64,000 bases of DNA from Octopus vulgaris (Eukaryota). The stretch lies in the NCBI GenBank assembly GCA_951406725.2, contig OX597824.1, forward strand, positions 34,782,001 through 34,846,000, in the 5' to 3' direction. This document shows positions 11,456 through 25,458 of this stretch, piece by piece. A program made the translations under genes and the position numbers. The first letter of the stretch is position 1. The number at the start of each line of letters is the position of its first letter. Below the pieces are notes generated by a model, which saw nothing but the letters and a program-made list of their open reading frames with translations, had not been told where the DNA came from and made no database searches.

Positions 11456-12739
11456 CGAGGGGCGTTCAATAAGTAATGCCCCTGACCCACTTCCCATAGC
11501 AGTAGAGCAACGAAACTTGGAACAGTTATTAGTCTTTTTCTACATAGGAACCACCCAGAGTTACGCATTTCTCCCATCGTTTGATGCAGCTCTGAAGACC
11601 GTTTTTGTAGATGACCCCAGCTTGGTCCTCCAACCACGACGTGACTTCAGAAATCATCATCTGGGAAACGCTTTCCTTTCAAAAACAACTTCATGGCTGG
11701 GAAGAGGTGAAAATCAGAGGGTGCAAGGTCGGGAGAGTAGGGGGGATGGGGGATGAGTTCATAGCCGCACGCCTGTGCTTCTGATCTGGCGACACGCGAG
11801 TTGTGGATCGGAGCGTTGTCCTGCAGGAGGAGGATGCCTTTGCTGATCTTGCCCCGCCTCTTGATTTTGATAGCTTCTCTTAATTTCCTCAAAAGTGAAG
11901 CATAATAGGCTCCTGTAATTGTGGCACCCTTTGCTAGGAAATCTGTCTTCACTACTCCGTCCTGGTCCCAGAAGACTGTAAGCATGACCTTGCCAGCGGA
12001 GGGCTGCACCCTTGCCTTCTTTGGAGGAGGTGAGTCACGGTGCTTTCACTGCATTGACTGGGCTTTGGTCTCTGGATCATAGTGATGGACCCAGGTTTTA
12101 TCTTATGCAATCAGTCTTTTGAAAAATTTTGACTCATCTTCTTGGCACATCTCCAAATTCATCCTCGAGCAATCGACGCGTTCTTGCTTCTGGAAAGGTG
12201 TGAGCAACCTGGGAATCCATCTGGCAGACACCTTTTGCATATGCAAATGGTCATGAATGATAGTTTCCACAGACCCGGTACTAATCTTGACCTCATGGGC
12301 TATTTGGCGAATAGTTATGCGTCGATCTTCCAAAATGGCAGCCTCAACTTGACAGACAGTTGCCTCATCAATGGCAGAAGGGGGCGACCAGATCTGGGAG
12401 CTGTTTCCACAGAGTTCCGACCATGTTTGAATTCACGATGCCAGCGTTTTACAAGGTCATATGATGGGGCATCATCACCATAAGTTACTTTCATTTCATC
12501 AAAAGTCTCCCGTGGTGTGCGTCCTTTCAAATACAAAAACCGGATCACTGCTCGACACTCAACATGCTCCATTTCACACTTGACTCAGTTCAAACACCTG
12601 TAAATCGGAAACCACAATTAATTCAGAGCTGTAATTTGCCACTTAATCTATAGAGATATAAATAATTGCACATGCAAAATTTCAGCTAGATCAAACAACT
12701 GCAAGTGGGTCAGGGGCATTACTTATTGAACGCCCCTCG
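11456..12739 (-). mobile_element. Complete mariner (DD34D) transposon
   Basis: Perfect 37-bp TIRs CGAGGGGCGTTCAATAAGTAATGCCCCTGACCCACTT with TA duplications at 11454-55 and 12740-41. Confidence 0.96.
11530..12572 (-). pseudogene. Mariner transposase with frameshifts and stops
   Basis: WIPRLL, LLQDNA and YSPDLAPSDF motifs split over several ORFs. Confidence 0.93.
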
Positions 12740-13112
12740 TAGGTATCGTATAAGTTTGTGTATACCTCCATTATTTCAGTATTACGAGTCAAAAGTGAAA
12801 CAATAACATCTCTCTATTGTAATGTCAAATACTTTCACTTTAATAGTTTCACTTTAATACTGAAACTAATATATAATGTATATATAGATATATATATGTA
12901 TACATCTGCACGAATGTATATATATATACATGTATATATAAAATAAAATACAAAATGGGACAAGAAACGCAAAACATCCAGAAAGACGATACAAAAAAAA
13001 AACAGATGGGTCATTCGGAGCCTTTTATCTTCAGTCAAGAACTGGATCATCCTCGCAATTTCGGCTAGCTGTATATGTATAGATGTATGTATATACATAT
13101 AGATGTATATGT

Positions 13113-13226
<114 letters not shown>

Positions 13227-13295
13227 GTACAAGTAATATGTATACACATATATACATGCATACCTATATACACCCATACACACACATATACATAG

Positions 13296-13480
13296 GTGCA
13301 GGTGTGGCTGTGTGGTAACAAACTTGGTTCCAAAACACATGGTCCTGGCTTCCGTCCCACTGTGTGGTGGCTTCGCATGTGTCTTCTGCTATAGCTTCAG
13401 ACCAACCAAAGCCTTGACAGTGGATCTTACAAACAGAAACTGATAGAATAAGTACCAGGCTTATCAAAATAAAAAAAGCA
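13296..13480 (+). mobile_element. tRNA-derived SINE, degenerate
   Basis: gtggctgtgtggtaa...acatggtcc...gtcccactg head shared with 59546. Confidence 0.7.
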
Positions 13481-13568
13481 CTAGGCAGTGTCTCATATTT
13501 CTGTTTGCCCACTCAGTTGTATCTATCAATTTATCTTTGTGTGTGTGTGCATGTGTGTATACATACAT

Positions 13569-13611
<43 letters not shown>

Positions 13612-13668
13612 ACTCACACAGAAACACACACATATATATATACATGTATGTATATGTGCATATTCATA

Positions 13669-15618
13669 TCTATTATATAAAAGACAATGCCTTTATGTGT
13701 GTTCGTGTGTTACTTATACATTCAAAAACTGCTGCCCCGATCCCAATGAAATTTAGAACACAAAATCCAAGCCTAAGGAGAAGGGTAATTCTGTGTGTTT
13801 CATACAATTTCATGGACCAAAATTACTGCATGGATCCTTATGATATTTGGAACTTAGATTCAATGCATCAGGGCGGGTATAATGCAATATGTTTGGTTTG
13901 AATTTCAGATGGCTTAAATGGGGCAGAACCCCCATGAAAATTCATAAATTTTCGATGTTTATAAAATTTCAACCACAGGTAATTGATACACATCAAGAAC
14001 AATTCTCAAAGTTTCCACTTCTCATGAGGATTCTAAGACACCCTAATGGGGGTCTTAACTACAAAATTTTAGTGATTTCTTTTATGATCCAAAACTAGGT
14101 CGAAAGTACTGAATGGATCTTTATGAAATTTGGAAATCATATTCTATGCATAAGGGCCATAACCCCCATGACAATTCATATATTTTTGCTGTTGATGACA
14201 TTTTAACCATAGATATTAGACACAAATGCAGTAATATTTATAAAATTTCATCTTCTTACAAGTTAGAAACTCCCCTTCATGGGGACTTAACACCCACAAT
14301 TTAGTCATTTTATTGGTTATTCAAAGACATTTATAGATTGTAAATTTATTCTGTCCAGTTACCTATCAGTATAGTGGTCATTTGCAAACTCCAGAGGTGA
14401 CACTTTCATTTCTCCTTAGCCCTCACATCACACAGTTGTTAATGTTTATTTGAGTTGGGTCACATCCTTCCAATTGCTATAGATCCGTAATGCATCTTAC
14501 AACTGTGTTTCTGACATGCGTATATATAAATATACATATATATGTATATCTACTACAAATGTGGAAAAACGGTATGTGCTTGTTTGTGGCATTGTTAGCT
14601 AACTCCTCCTACATTGTTTAATTGATTTTGATAAAACTTGACACAGGATTAGAACTCATGTCTGGAAATCTCGTGACATACTTAAGTTGTTGAAAAATCA
14701 ATAATACAGCCCCTGGAAGGGACCTTTATATCTACCTCATATAAGTGATTTTTTTTTAACCACCCAAGGGAAATAACCCATTTCATTGTGTATGTTTGAT
14801 TACTTTGAATATTGATTTTTTGGTGTGTCCTATTGCTAATTTTTGCAGACAATATCACTTTTATACTTTATTTCACATGTGAGTAGAACTCATGTCTGGA
14901 AAGCTCGTGACATACTTAGATAGTTGAAAAATATCGATAATAGGGCCTTTCCAATGGATGCTTGTGTCTACTACATATTACTAATATTTTATTTAATCAA
15001 CCCAAGGGAAATAACCTATACCATCTGCAGATTTTAGCAAAGTGATCAATATTTGATTCTCACGATCAGCGGACCTAATTCTGCATTACTCACAGTTTTG
15101 AACTGCTAAACATTATTATTGCACTTTCTTAATTTGAATCGTAAACATTAAAAACTTCATTCATACATTTCTAAACATACATACTTTTTGGAACACCCAT
15201 TACTCTAATAATTCTGCATTTTTACAGTTACACATTTTTCCATGACAGCAGATAAATTTTTTATTCCACAACGTGTTTGTAGTGGCTTCATGCAGGCATA
15301 GCATGGATTCGATCCTTGATTGCCAAATTTCACTTAATACTTCAACAGTGCTTTTCTCACAGTAAAACAATAGTTTTTCTGTGAATGACAATAGTTATAC
15401 ATTTCCCAGCTGCTTTCGGTAAGCAGAATAATGTCTCTGCCTCTCACCAACCTCTGATAATCTTTCTCACCAACCTCTGAAAACCACTCTCGCCAACCTC
15501 CAACAATTTCTCCCTCCTCCAGCTGACAATTTTAACGAAATTGCTTTCTTATATCAGAGTAATAAGAAGTTTCAATAGAACATCTTTACCCCCGGGAATT
15601 ACCAGGTACACCAGCTAC
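13669..15618 (+). mobile_element. Decayed non-autonomous Helitron-like element(s) with an internal duplication
   Basis: 5' TCTATTATATAAAAG start, a second TCTACTA start near 14549, duplicated blocks (about 14650-14790 and 14884-15020) and a degenerate cccggg hairpin/CTAG-like end near 15590-15618. Confidence 0.45.
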
Positions 15619-15939
15619 TATATGTACATATATATCTATATTTACACATACAGATAGATAGATATATGTGTATATTTATATGTAAAATATATAGGGTAGC
15701 GAATTTTTTTTAGAAATTTCACTACCAGTGGTCTAGCATGTATAAAAAGTCAATAGACAACATATTCTCAATATAAAATAGTGTACATTTAAACACAAGA
15801 GTAACTACCTTTAACAGGTAGTTTTACATGTTAGAAGAAGCAGTCAAAACGACCAAAACCACATTTAAGAGCAGTTACTGATGAGAATTTCGCCTAGCAA
15901 ATTACTTTATTTGCTAAATAAATTCGAAATCTAGGTATA

Positions 15940-16850
15940 ACCATAAAAAAATAACAAGGTACTTCCCAGATTTTGTGCGATACTTCCATGAATTCTCCTC
16001 GTCCTTTTGTACCAGAGACCCTCAGACAAACAATCTTCAGCACACTGCTTAACCTGTCACACCCTGGCATCACCCACCACAGTGCTTGGTCATGCACCCC
16101 TTGGCACATTCAACACACCAGATGGGTGTTTAAACCATGTACACATTAACCTTGTTGGACCATGGCCAGTCAGCCAGCCAGGGATATACCTACCAGCTCA
16201 CTTGCATTGATCGTTTCACACGTTGGCCGGAAACTATTTCTTTAGTAGATATCACCGCTGAATCTATTGCCAAAGCTTTTCTCACAGGATGGATATCGTA
16301 GTACAGAGTCCCTAACACCTTCACTACCGACCATGGAAAACAGTTTGAATTGCAACTCTTCCACAAGCTCATGCAGACTATAGGTAACCACCAGTTACTA
16401 TCCACAATCCAATGGTATGGTGCAACGATTCCACCATCAAATGACAGCTGCTTTGCATGCTTACCCAGATTGGCAGGGTTGGCTGTCGATCCTCAATAAA
16501 GGAGGATCTCAGTTATTCCCCAGCAGAACTAGTTAATGGCACACCTCCTTCATTGCTAGGCCAGATGTTGACCCCAGTGGATGTGTCTACACAAGACACT
16601 ACTATGTATGTACACAAACTTTGCAAATACATGCAAAAACTGCCACCTGTGTCAAAACAACACCAAACCACTAAATCATCAATTCCAAAAGACATTGATT
16701 CTTGGACCCATGTGTTATTACGAAACGATGATGTGAAAATCCCTCATACCTCCATACACAAGACCCTATCGTGTCCTGTCACACACAGACAGACTATATA
16801 CCATAGACATTAATGGTAAAAAGGAAACTGTCTCAAAGACGATTTGCTGA
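15940..16850 (+). pseudogene. Old Gypsy integrase remnant related to the element at 1424-7135
   Basis: [46 protein letters not shown] and WTHV motifs with many breaks. Confidence 0.85.
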
Positions 16851-18048
16851 AGGCTGGAATGCCTTTGATGATAAGTTTGCATTATGGTAAATTTCTATAT
16901 TGACACCACGCATGATTTTCACTACCCCCCCCCCCCCCGCAAAAAAAAAAAATGATTTTTTGTGTGGAATCAAGTACCCTGACCTTCTAATATGTTGCAA
17001 ATCCCTTATTTTGGTTCTGAAAAAATGAGGTGGGGTTTCCCCTACCAATCCCGGAATCGCTGGAAATTTGTTTTTTTCATTGAATGAATTCCTGTGACCT
17101 CCTAATATTGCAAAATTAGGTTACTTAAGGTGAGCTTAGCAACTAATGGTTTTGGGGTCTTGTTGTTTGTAACTTTTGGTGATCCATGGTACAACCAACA
17201 ACATGGTAAAAATCCCTGCCATTAATCTAGTGTGGATGGGTAATATGAAATAATTCAATCACAACATATATTTAAATTAATCATGAAAACAATTGAAATA
17301 TTATCATCACTTACCTGGAAAAATTGAAATATTATCTTTCAGTATCTTATAAGGTAAAATCTTAAATTATTAATTGACACATTATTAATTATCTTATAAC
17401 AGCAATGCCTGGAAAAATCAAGGATTACATGGAAAAATGCAAGCTTGAAAGTAATATTCTTAAGATTATAAACCTGGGAAAGTATAGGACAAGTTATTAC
17501 ACCTATAAAACTATAGGACAAGCTATTCTAGTATAGGAAAGAATAAGAAACTTTTTACTTAAAATATTGCAGCTAAATTTGAAATTTGAATATTAAAACT
17601 TATTTTCTTATAGTTTACAAATAACACTATACGTATGTAAGTAGAATTTGGTTAATTTACTACCTTAAATACAGAAAAAAAGTGAATAAGTACTAGGCTT
17701 ACAAAGAATAAGTCCTGGGGTCAATTTGCTTGACTAAAGGTGGTGCTCCAGCATGGCCACAGTCAAATGACTGAAAACAAGTAAGAGAGTAAAAGAATTA
17801 GACAAACTTACAAATTAGCTGAACAGTTTTGTACAATAAATTTAAAAGATGAGAACTGTAAAGAGGTATAAATTAGAAGAACTTGAATTCTTTGCTGCAA
17901 TATTTTAAGTAAAAAGTTTCTTATTCTTTACTTTACTAGAAGTAATAGCTTGTCCTATAGTTTTACAGGACAAGTTATTAACTTGTCGTGTACTTTTCCA
18001 GGTTTATAATCTTAAGAATATTACTTTCCATGCTCGCATTTTTCCATG

Positions 18049-18083
<35 letters not shown>

Positions 18084-18359
18084 CATGTATGTAGGTATGT
18101 AGGTATGTAGGTAGGTAGGTAGGTAGGATGTAAAACCTGCTCTATGTATATATATGTGTGTGTGTGTGTATGTGTATATATATATATATATATATGTATA
18201 TGTACACTCAGGGAACTTTTGTGCGCTCATGATTGCGATCTTGTCAGTCATTCTGCAATCTCTTGTATCTGCATTTGACTCGGCTTGTGAAGATTTTGGC
18301 TTGACCATCAACTTGAAAAAAAACCAGTTGTAATACATTAACCTGCATGTAGTGCTGTT

Positions 18360-18900
18360 TGTAACCCCCGGGAATGTTATTTGAGGTTGTCGATCCGTTC
18401 ATCTGCCTTGGAAGCTCTGTTCAAAATAATGGAAATCTTGATACAGAAATACAGCTGCAAATTCAAAGGGCAGCAAAAACATTTGGTGGCTTGGAGTCAT
18501 GTGTTTGGTGCCAGTGACATAAATTAGAATATAAAGCTGGCTCTTTACAAATCATTTGTCTTACCATCCCTGTTGTAATCCTGTGAAACTTGGACTTGTT
18601 ATGAAAGGCATTTTAAATTGCTAGAACAATTCCACCAAAAATGCCTTCATCACATTTAAAAAATTAAATTGAGTTCTTTTACTCCAAAGACAGATGTCCT
18701 TGCATCTGTAAGCATCACCTCTATTAAAGCTATGATTTTGAGGAACCAGTTGAGATGGTGTGGCCATATTGTTTGAATGGCAGATGAACGCATGCTGAAA
18801 CAGCTGTTTTATGGTGAGCTTGCAGAGGGGAAATGCTAACGGCATAAACCTAAAAAATTGTTTAAGGACAGCTTAAGGACAACTATGAAGTCACTGGAAA
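18360..18900 (+). mobile_element. RTE (BovB-like) ORF2 C-terminal remnant
   Basis: SCETWT, LEQFHQKCL, QLRWCGHIV and KQLFYGEL motifs with stops. Confidence 0.75.
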
Positions 18901-19002
18901 TGTTCCTAGAAGATATAGTACATATATATGTATAATGTATATATGTACATATATATGTATAATGTATATATGTACATATATATGTATATATATATATATA
19001 TA

Positions 19003-19393
19003 CTAGCAGTACCGCCCGGCGTTGCTCGGGTTTGTTTCGACCCGCTGGAATTGGAATTTTTGGAAAGTAAAAATTTTGCATTATGTAGCTTGTTATTCTC
19101 TTTAAGTGAACATTTTTCTGGTTGAAATACACCGCAAAGTGGCGACACAGCAGTGAAAAAATCGTAAAAAATAGGGATTTTCATAGAAAAAAAGCACCTT
19201 TTTGATGTAAATAATTTTTGGTGTTAACATGGTCCGAGTTGAATTTTATCTACTACGGAAGGAAGAGTAACTCTTCTTCTATCATACTCTCAATTTTGGT
19301 CAACTTGCGCCGCAGGGTCTCGGAGAGATAGTGTTCGTTGAAGGCTACCAAACCTGCCGCACACAGACAACTTCAGCTTTATATAGAGAGAGA
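19003..19393 (-). mobile_element. Non-autonomous Helitron
   Basis: On the minus strand: 5' TC(TC)nTATATAAAAGC start, 3' hairpin CCCGAGCAACGCCGGG plus CTAG, inserted between A and T. Confidence 0.8.
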
Positions 19394-19980
19394 TAACACA
19401 CATACATACACACACACGCATGTATGTATGTATGTATGTATATATGTACATCTGTCCACTTCTTGCCATATTTTTATCCTTCACTTCCTACACACACATA
19501 CTCTCTCACACACACACACGCACACATACACACACACACCTTCTTAGCTTACAATTTCTTTCTTTCAACAATTTACAACTGAAGTACGCTCGCCAATGAA
19601 TACTACCAAAAGTTAGCGACAGATCTGTGTTTCCTTTTATCTTTTTTTGAGGATTGGTTTAAGCATTAATAAGAGAAAGTAGCAGAATGTGTGATGTTGA
19701 ATTAGAGTTGCAGAAAGAGGATATGATAGTGGTATACACTTGCAAACAGAAAGTAGGAGAAAGTGTGGTAATAGCAGGAGTAAAGCATTTAAAATGAGAG
19801 AGGCAAATCGTAAAATATTGAGTTTTCTCAAATTTTTGCTGAATTGGGGGTGAAATTGAAAAAAAATTTACATGCTATGACCCAATCGAATCTACTTCGA
19901 AAAATCATAGGTAAATTCCAATTGAAGAAATTCTATATTGTAGAATTGTATTAAAAACAAACTATGTGGAGGCACAGAAA

Positions 19981-22900
19981 ATCTGCCTTTTATCATAAGA
20001 GATAAATGTATATATGCATATATATACTGTTTGTTGTTTACACACCTGTCTTTGTCTTTTGTTGTTGTTTTTTTGTAAATTCTCACTATATATTACACGC
20101 TCACATGGTTGCACGAGTTTTATCCTGTCTCCACCTCCTTCGAACTTTTCTTGGACTATTCTGCCTGGATTCTCCACCTGGACTTTCTCCTACACTCAGA
20201 CTCCTATACTTTGGCTGCACCTCTTCTACCCATGGATTACACTGGACTCTTACTTTGATGAGAAATCGCTCCAATACACCAAGGCATTTGAACCTTTTGA
20301 ACTTTTCTAAACATTTTTGTACTTTCTGATTTTTCCTATTGTCATTTCTCTCAATCTGCACTTGTTACCTTGCCTCTCTCTCCCTCCCTTTCCTTGTCCC
20401 TTTTGTCTTCTCTTCTCCCTTTCTTCCCCTTTCTCTTTGTTTCTTCCTTCTTCCTCCTTTCTTTGCTTGTTTTTATTTTTTCTCCTCCCACCTCCTATAT
20501 TTTTTTCTCCCCACACCTTTTGAATTTTTCTTCCTCACGTCTTTATTTGCCTTTCTCTCTCCCCCTTTTCCCCCCCTTTTTCTCCTTTCCTCTTCTCGTT
20601 TTTCAAACATGCCCAATTACAAACCTTTCTTCCTCCATCTCCACCACTGCCTAAAGAAACACCTTTCTGCACTTCCTTTCCACTGCTTTCAACCTTCTAT
20701 TAACCTTTCCCTACTAATTTTTAAAAAAAAACATGCTTCTGTAGCCACCTTTCCTTTCTCAGTCACTGCCTCATCCCTAAAGGTTTCCGCCTTCATTTCC
20801 ACCATACTCTCTACTCTGCTTCAACCATCCTACCCTTACTTTGTACTACATCCTACCACCTTATGTGCACCTCCATTCGTTCTAATCTCTCCAAAATACA
20901 CACCATCGACCGCCTTCTCCCTCTGTCTTTAACCATCTTCTTCTCCTCTCAGTCAACCTCCTGTGCTAACACTACTTTGCATAATTCATTTAAATCATCT
21001 CTTTCATCAATTTCTCACTCACACTAAACAATGCAAGCTCCACTCCTCCATTCCATCACACCTGATGCCACTACCCCAACTCCTCCTTTACCCCTCTCCC
21101 TCCCTGTTACAATCCCTCATCCTCACCAAACCTCCCGTCCCTTCCAACCCCTACTCACATACCCTCCTTCCCAACCTCCCACCCCACCCACCCCTCCTAC
21201 TTCTGTCCCATCCACCCCTTCTCCACTTCAGTCTGTTGTTACCATTCTTTCAGATCTTCCCCTCTCTGAGGTGGAGCACTCCCTCCTCAGTAGGGGTCTT
21301 CGCTTCATCCCCCTCACTCCAACCAGCAACGAATTTTGGACTCATGCTGATATCCACAGCTTTGTGCACTTTTCCACGACACACCACCTGCATCTAATGA
21401 GGAGGGCTGCTTCACCAGCCTGGACCGCCAACCATTCGAGTGGACGCCAGCTCCTGGCCAGTTCCAAGCAGTCAATCTTTTTGCGAGCCCCTGCCAGTAT
21501 GCTGTGGACCAGTTTGACTTTTCCAAGCATCCCCAACATCTCCCCCCACTGCCTCTAACCTCATTGTCCACATCCCTTGTACTCCCACAATTTACTTCCT
21601 CCTCCAAATCCACAAACCTAACAACCCTGGCCGCTCCATCATCTCCACCTGCAACTGCCCTGCCAAACTCATCTCCAGATATCTTGACTGTGTCCTTGCC
21701 TTCCTAGAAGCTTCCCTCCATGACACCAGCCATGATCTTCGTTTGTTCAACTCTTTCCCCTTCCCTCCTAGCCCCTCTAAACTTCTCTTCACTCTTGATA
21801 TCAAGACTCTCTACATGGTGGTCCCTCACCACGAGGGGCTGCGTGCACTCCAACATTTCCTTGACCTTCGACTGAACCCCCAACCTGACACATCCACACT
21901 CCTTCCTCTGACCAAACTTGTCCTCTCACCTAACTGCTTCAGGTTCGTGGGTAATTTTTACCAGTAGGTCTTGGGAGTGGCCATGGGAATGAGAATGGGC
22001 CCCAACTATGTGAACCTGTTCGCTGGCTATGTTGAAGCCCAAATATTCTCAAGTTTTACTGGTTCCACTCCTGAACTATACAGTCGTTATATTGACAACT
22101 GTATCAGTACGACCTTACTCTCCTGCGAACATCTAGACTCTTTCTTCTCTTTTGTCAAATCTTTCCAGCCTGCCCTCCGCTTCTCCTGCACAATTTCTGA
22201 CACCTCAGTTACCTTTCTCAACATTTCAGTCAGCATTCATCACTCCACTCTCACCAACCCTATTCACTATAAACACACAGACTCAGACTCATACCTCAAC
22301 TTCTCCTCCTACCCTAAACACACCAAGCTCTCCATCCCCTATTCCCAATTCCTCCATCTACACAAGCTCTGCAGTGACAACCATGACTTTGAGACTTAGT
22401 CTCAACTCATGGCTCGCCACTTCATTCTACGTGGATATACCTTCACTACTATCCACACTGCCTTTGCCAGAGCACGTTCTGTGGACCATGCATCTGTTCT
22501 CTCCACTGCACCCACTCTGCCATCACCTGTCTCCCATTTCCCTTCACCTACCACCCCACCATCCAACCTCTCCAATGCACCATTCTCCAAGCCTTCCGGC
22601 AACTCCAGTCCGACCCCTCCACTTTGCACATCTTCCCTCACCAACTCTCCCCTCCTTCAAATGAGCCCACAACCTACGAGACCTCTTGGTTCGCAGCTTC
22701 TTCCCTAGCCCAACCTCCCAACCCAGGTCGTTCCCCTGCTCCCACCCACACTGCCACACTTGCCCTCACCTCTCCAACACCACCCTCCTCACAGGCACCC
22801 ATCATTGACTCTATCATAGCACTAACTCCTTCACCTGCACTTCTAGCAACTGTATCTCCTGCTCACTCTGACCTTCTCTATACATCGGTCAAAGAAGACA

Positions 22901-23100
22901 CTGCTTGGCTGACCGGTTTGCAGAACATCTCCGAGACATCCAACTTGGCAACAACACCCCGGTCTTGCATCATGTCTGCTCTACTGGTCACTCTTTACAA
23001 CACCAGTCTGTGTTTGGATTGTCCTTGTACAGGGGCCATCAGGACTCCCGTCTTCACCTTAAGGAGGGATTATTCTTCTCACTTCACTCCTTTGCTGGTG
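19981..23100 (+). mobile_element. Penelope-like element (RT + GIY-YIG), decayed
   Basis: LLSRGLRFIP, LFTLDIKTLY..VPH, GVAMGMRMGP, RYIDN and GIY-YIG-like LYIGQ...LADRFAEHLRDI; CT-rich 5' region. Confidence 0.88.
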
Positions 23101-23589
23101 CATTTATGTACCCGTAACTTAGCATTTCAGCAAAAGGAACCGATTGAATAAGTACTAGGCTTACAAAGAATAAGCCCTGGAGTCAATTTGTTTGACTTAA
23201 AGGTGGTGCTCCAGCATGGCTGCAGTTGAATGACTGAAACAAGTAAAAGAATAAAAGAATATGCAAAACTTAATGGTATGAGATTTTCTTGCGCCCATAT
23301 ATTTTACTTTCATGAAACTAACACAAAATTATATGATTGCTGAAACTGTTAAAGTTAGCATCAAAATCTTGCTGAAATCATACTGTAGTGTCTTTTAAGT
23401 GGAAGATCACAATGAGTAATTTTGTTCTAGATATGTCTAAATAAAAAATGGGATTGACATGAGCTTGATCTCTTATTATAAGTTAACTTCAATATGGATG
23501 ACTCAAAACTAGTTTAAAACGACAACATTGAAATTAAATTCCCTAAGAATGAAATATTTTCTTTAAATCCCTCTCTTTTTCCTTTTCAG

Positions 23590-23605
23590 ACACAGGCGGA
23601 AGTAT
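23590..23605 (+). CDS. IL-17 receptor-like gene, 16-nt microexon (TQAEV + T)
   Basis: Long pyrimidine tract plus cag, GTAAGT donor; phase 0 to 1 links the signal exon to exon 34514. Confidence 0.55.
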
Positions 23606-24410
23606 GTAAGTATTTTTATTAAATTACCTTTCAGATTGCAAAGCTATATTAGAATCATATTTATCTTTATTAATGCACCTTATTTCTTTTACAATCTTGA
23701 AAGAAACATAGAAATTATCATTTTTTAAATTATTTTACATCAGCAATCTAGTCATAAACTTTTATCTTCGAAACTCATTGGGACAGAGAACCTTTAAAAA
23801 TAAAAAAAAAATAAATGTTCCTTCACGAGCCGTGCCATGTATGTATAACAACAATACTAGTGTATGTATGTATAACAACAATACTAGTAATAATAATAAA
23901 AAAAAACAAAAAAAACTTATATAGTTATTTATATAAGTTTTTTTTAAATTTATTATTATTATTACTAGTATTGTTGTAATACATACATACATACAAGCAT
24001 ATGTAATGATAATAATAAGTGGATGTAAACACATGAACAAAATAAGAATAAACAAAAACAACAACAACAAAAACAAATTACATGAACGTATATAAACAGA
24101 AGATACAAATATTACAGGCATCCCACCTACACACTAAATAAACATAGACGCACATAGAGATATAAGCATGTGCAAATGAAGACATACAATAGAAATACAA
24201 AATGGCTGACGGTTAGTAAGGAGAGACACAAATAAGAAAGAAGAAAACAATGGACCACTGATGCAGTCACAGGAGTGTGACGAAAGAACTCTGGCCGAAA
24301 TAAGATTAAGATTAGTGTAAAAAATAAATAACACTGAAGCAAAATAACACCAAATATATAGTGCGTGTGTTTTTATTGGCTAAACTGGCAGAATGACCAT
24401 TCCGAAATAT

Positions 24411-24414
<4 letters not shown>

Positions 24415-24506
<92 letters not shown>

Positions 24507-24565
24507 GTATGCATATGTATGTATATGTATATGTATATATATATGTGTATATGTATATATATATG

Positions 24566-24596
<31 letters not shown>

Positions 24597-24661
24597 GTAT
24601 ATGTATATATATATGTATATGTATATATATATATATGTATATGTATATATATATGTATATG

Positions 24662-24694
<33 letters not shown>

Positions 24695-24717
24695 GTATAT
24701 GTATATATATATGTATA

Positions 24718-24762
<45 letters not shown>

Positions 24763-24775
24763 TATATATATATAT
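24415..24775. repeat. (TA)n/(TATG)n microsatellite; similar tracts at 13115-13225, 25185-25270, 25460-25770, 30890-31100 and 31505-31840
   Basis: Direct inspection. Confidence 0.95.
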
Positions 24776-24890
24776 ACAAATAAATGAAAGAATGGAGTTG
24801 AACGACGAATTAACAAAATTCCTTTATTTTATTTTCGACATATATTTCGAAGGCTGCATATTCCTAATTTCGAAGGAATAAGTTCCTTGT

Positions 24891-24973
24891 TTTTCCTGAT
24901 GAGAAGGCGGCATAATGCACCCCTTATTCCTTCGAATTTAGGAATATGCAGCCTTCGAAACATATGTCGAAAA
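24891..24973 (+). ncRNA. Type I minimal hammerhead ribozyme (Penelope-type)
   Basis: Stem I ttttc/gaaaa, CUGAUGA 24896-24902, stem II gaaggc/gccttc, GAAA 24957-60, palindromic stem III CATATG, GUC cleavage triplet 24966-68. Confidence 0.75.
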
Positions 24974-25184
24974 TAAAATAAAGTAATTTTGTTAATTCAT
25001 CGTTCAACTCCATTCTTTCATTTATTTGTATTTAAAAAAACACACAAATTTCCACACTATAGCACGTGATTTCTGCCCTAGGCATGTAGCTTCAACCGTG
25101 TTTCTCTGACGTGAATTTGCTACCCAGGTATCGGTTAACCGAATTATCCATAATAAGATAATTCATTCAACTACTCAATTATTT

Positions 25185-25273
<89 letters not shown>

Positions 25274-25458
25274 GGTCCCGGGTTGATTCGGGGTTAACCA
25301 CAGTAAGTAAGGTACTCAATACATAGCAGAGTAAAATTAATTTATTATATAGAAGGAGTTCTACAGGACTAGTACTGTTTCATTCAAGAGAAATCTTCCT
25401 GAAGATTTCTCTTGAATGAAACAGTACTAGTCCTGTAGAAGCTCCTTCTATATAATAA

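Noticed and set aside
13296-13370. tRNA-like A/B boxes (also near 11223 and 59546)
   Set aside because: SINE heads, not tRNA genes: no complete cloverleaf, and they run on into SINE bodies.
15690-15900. CTGATGA at about 15878 as a further hammerhead
   Set aside because: No matching stem II, GAAA or stem I found downstream.
20300-21250. Long Phe/Leu/Pro/Ser-rich ORFs
   Set aside because: CT-rich low-complexity part of the Penelope-like element; no host domain recognisable.
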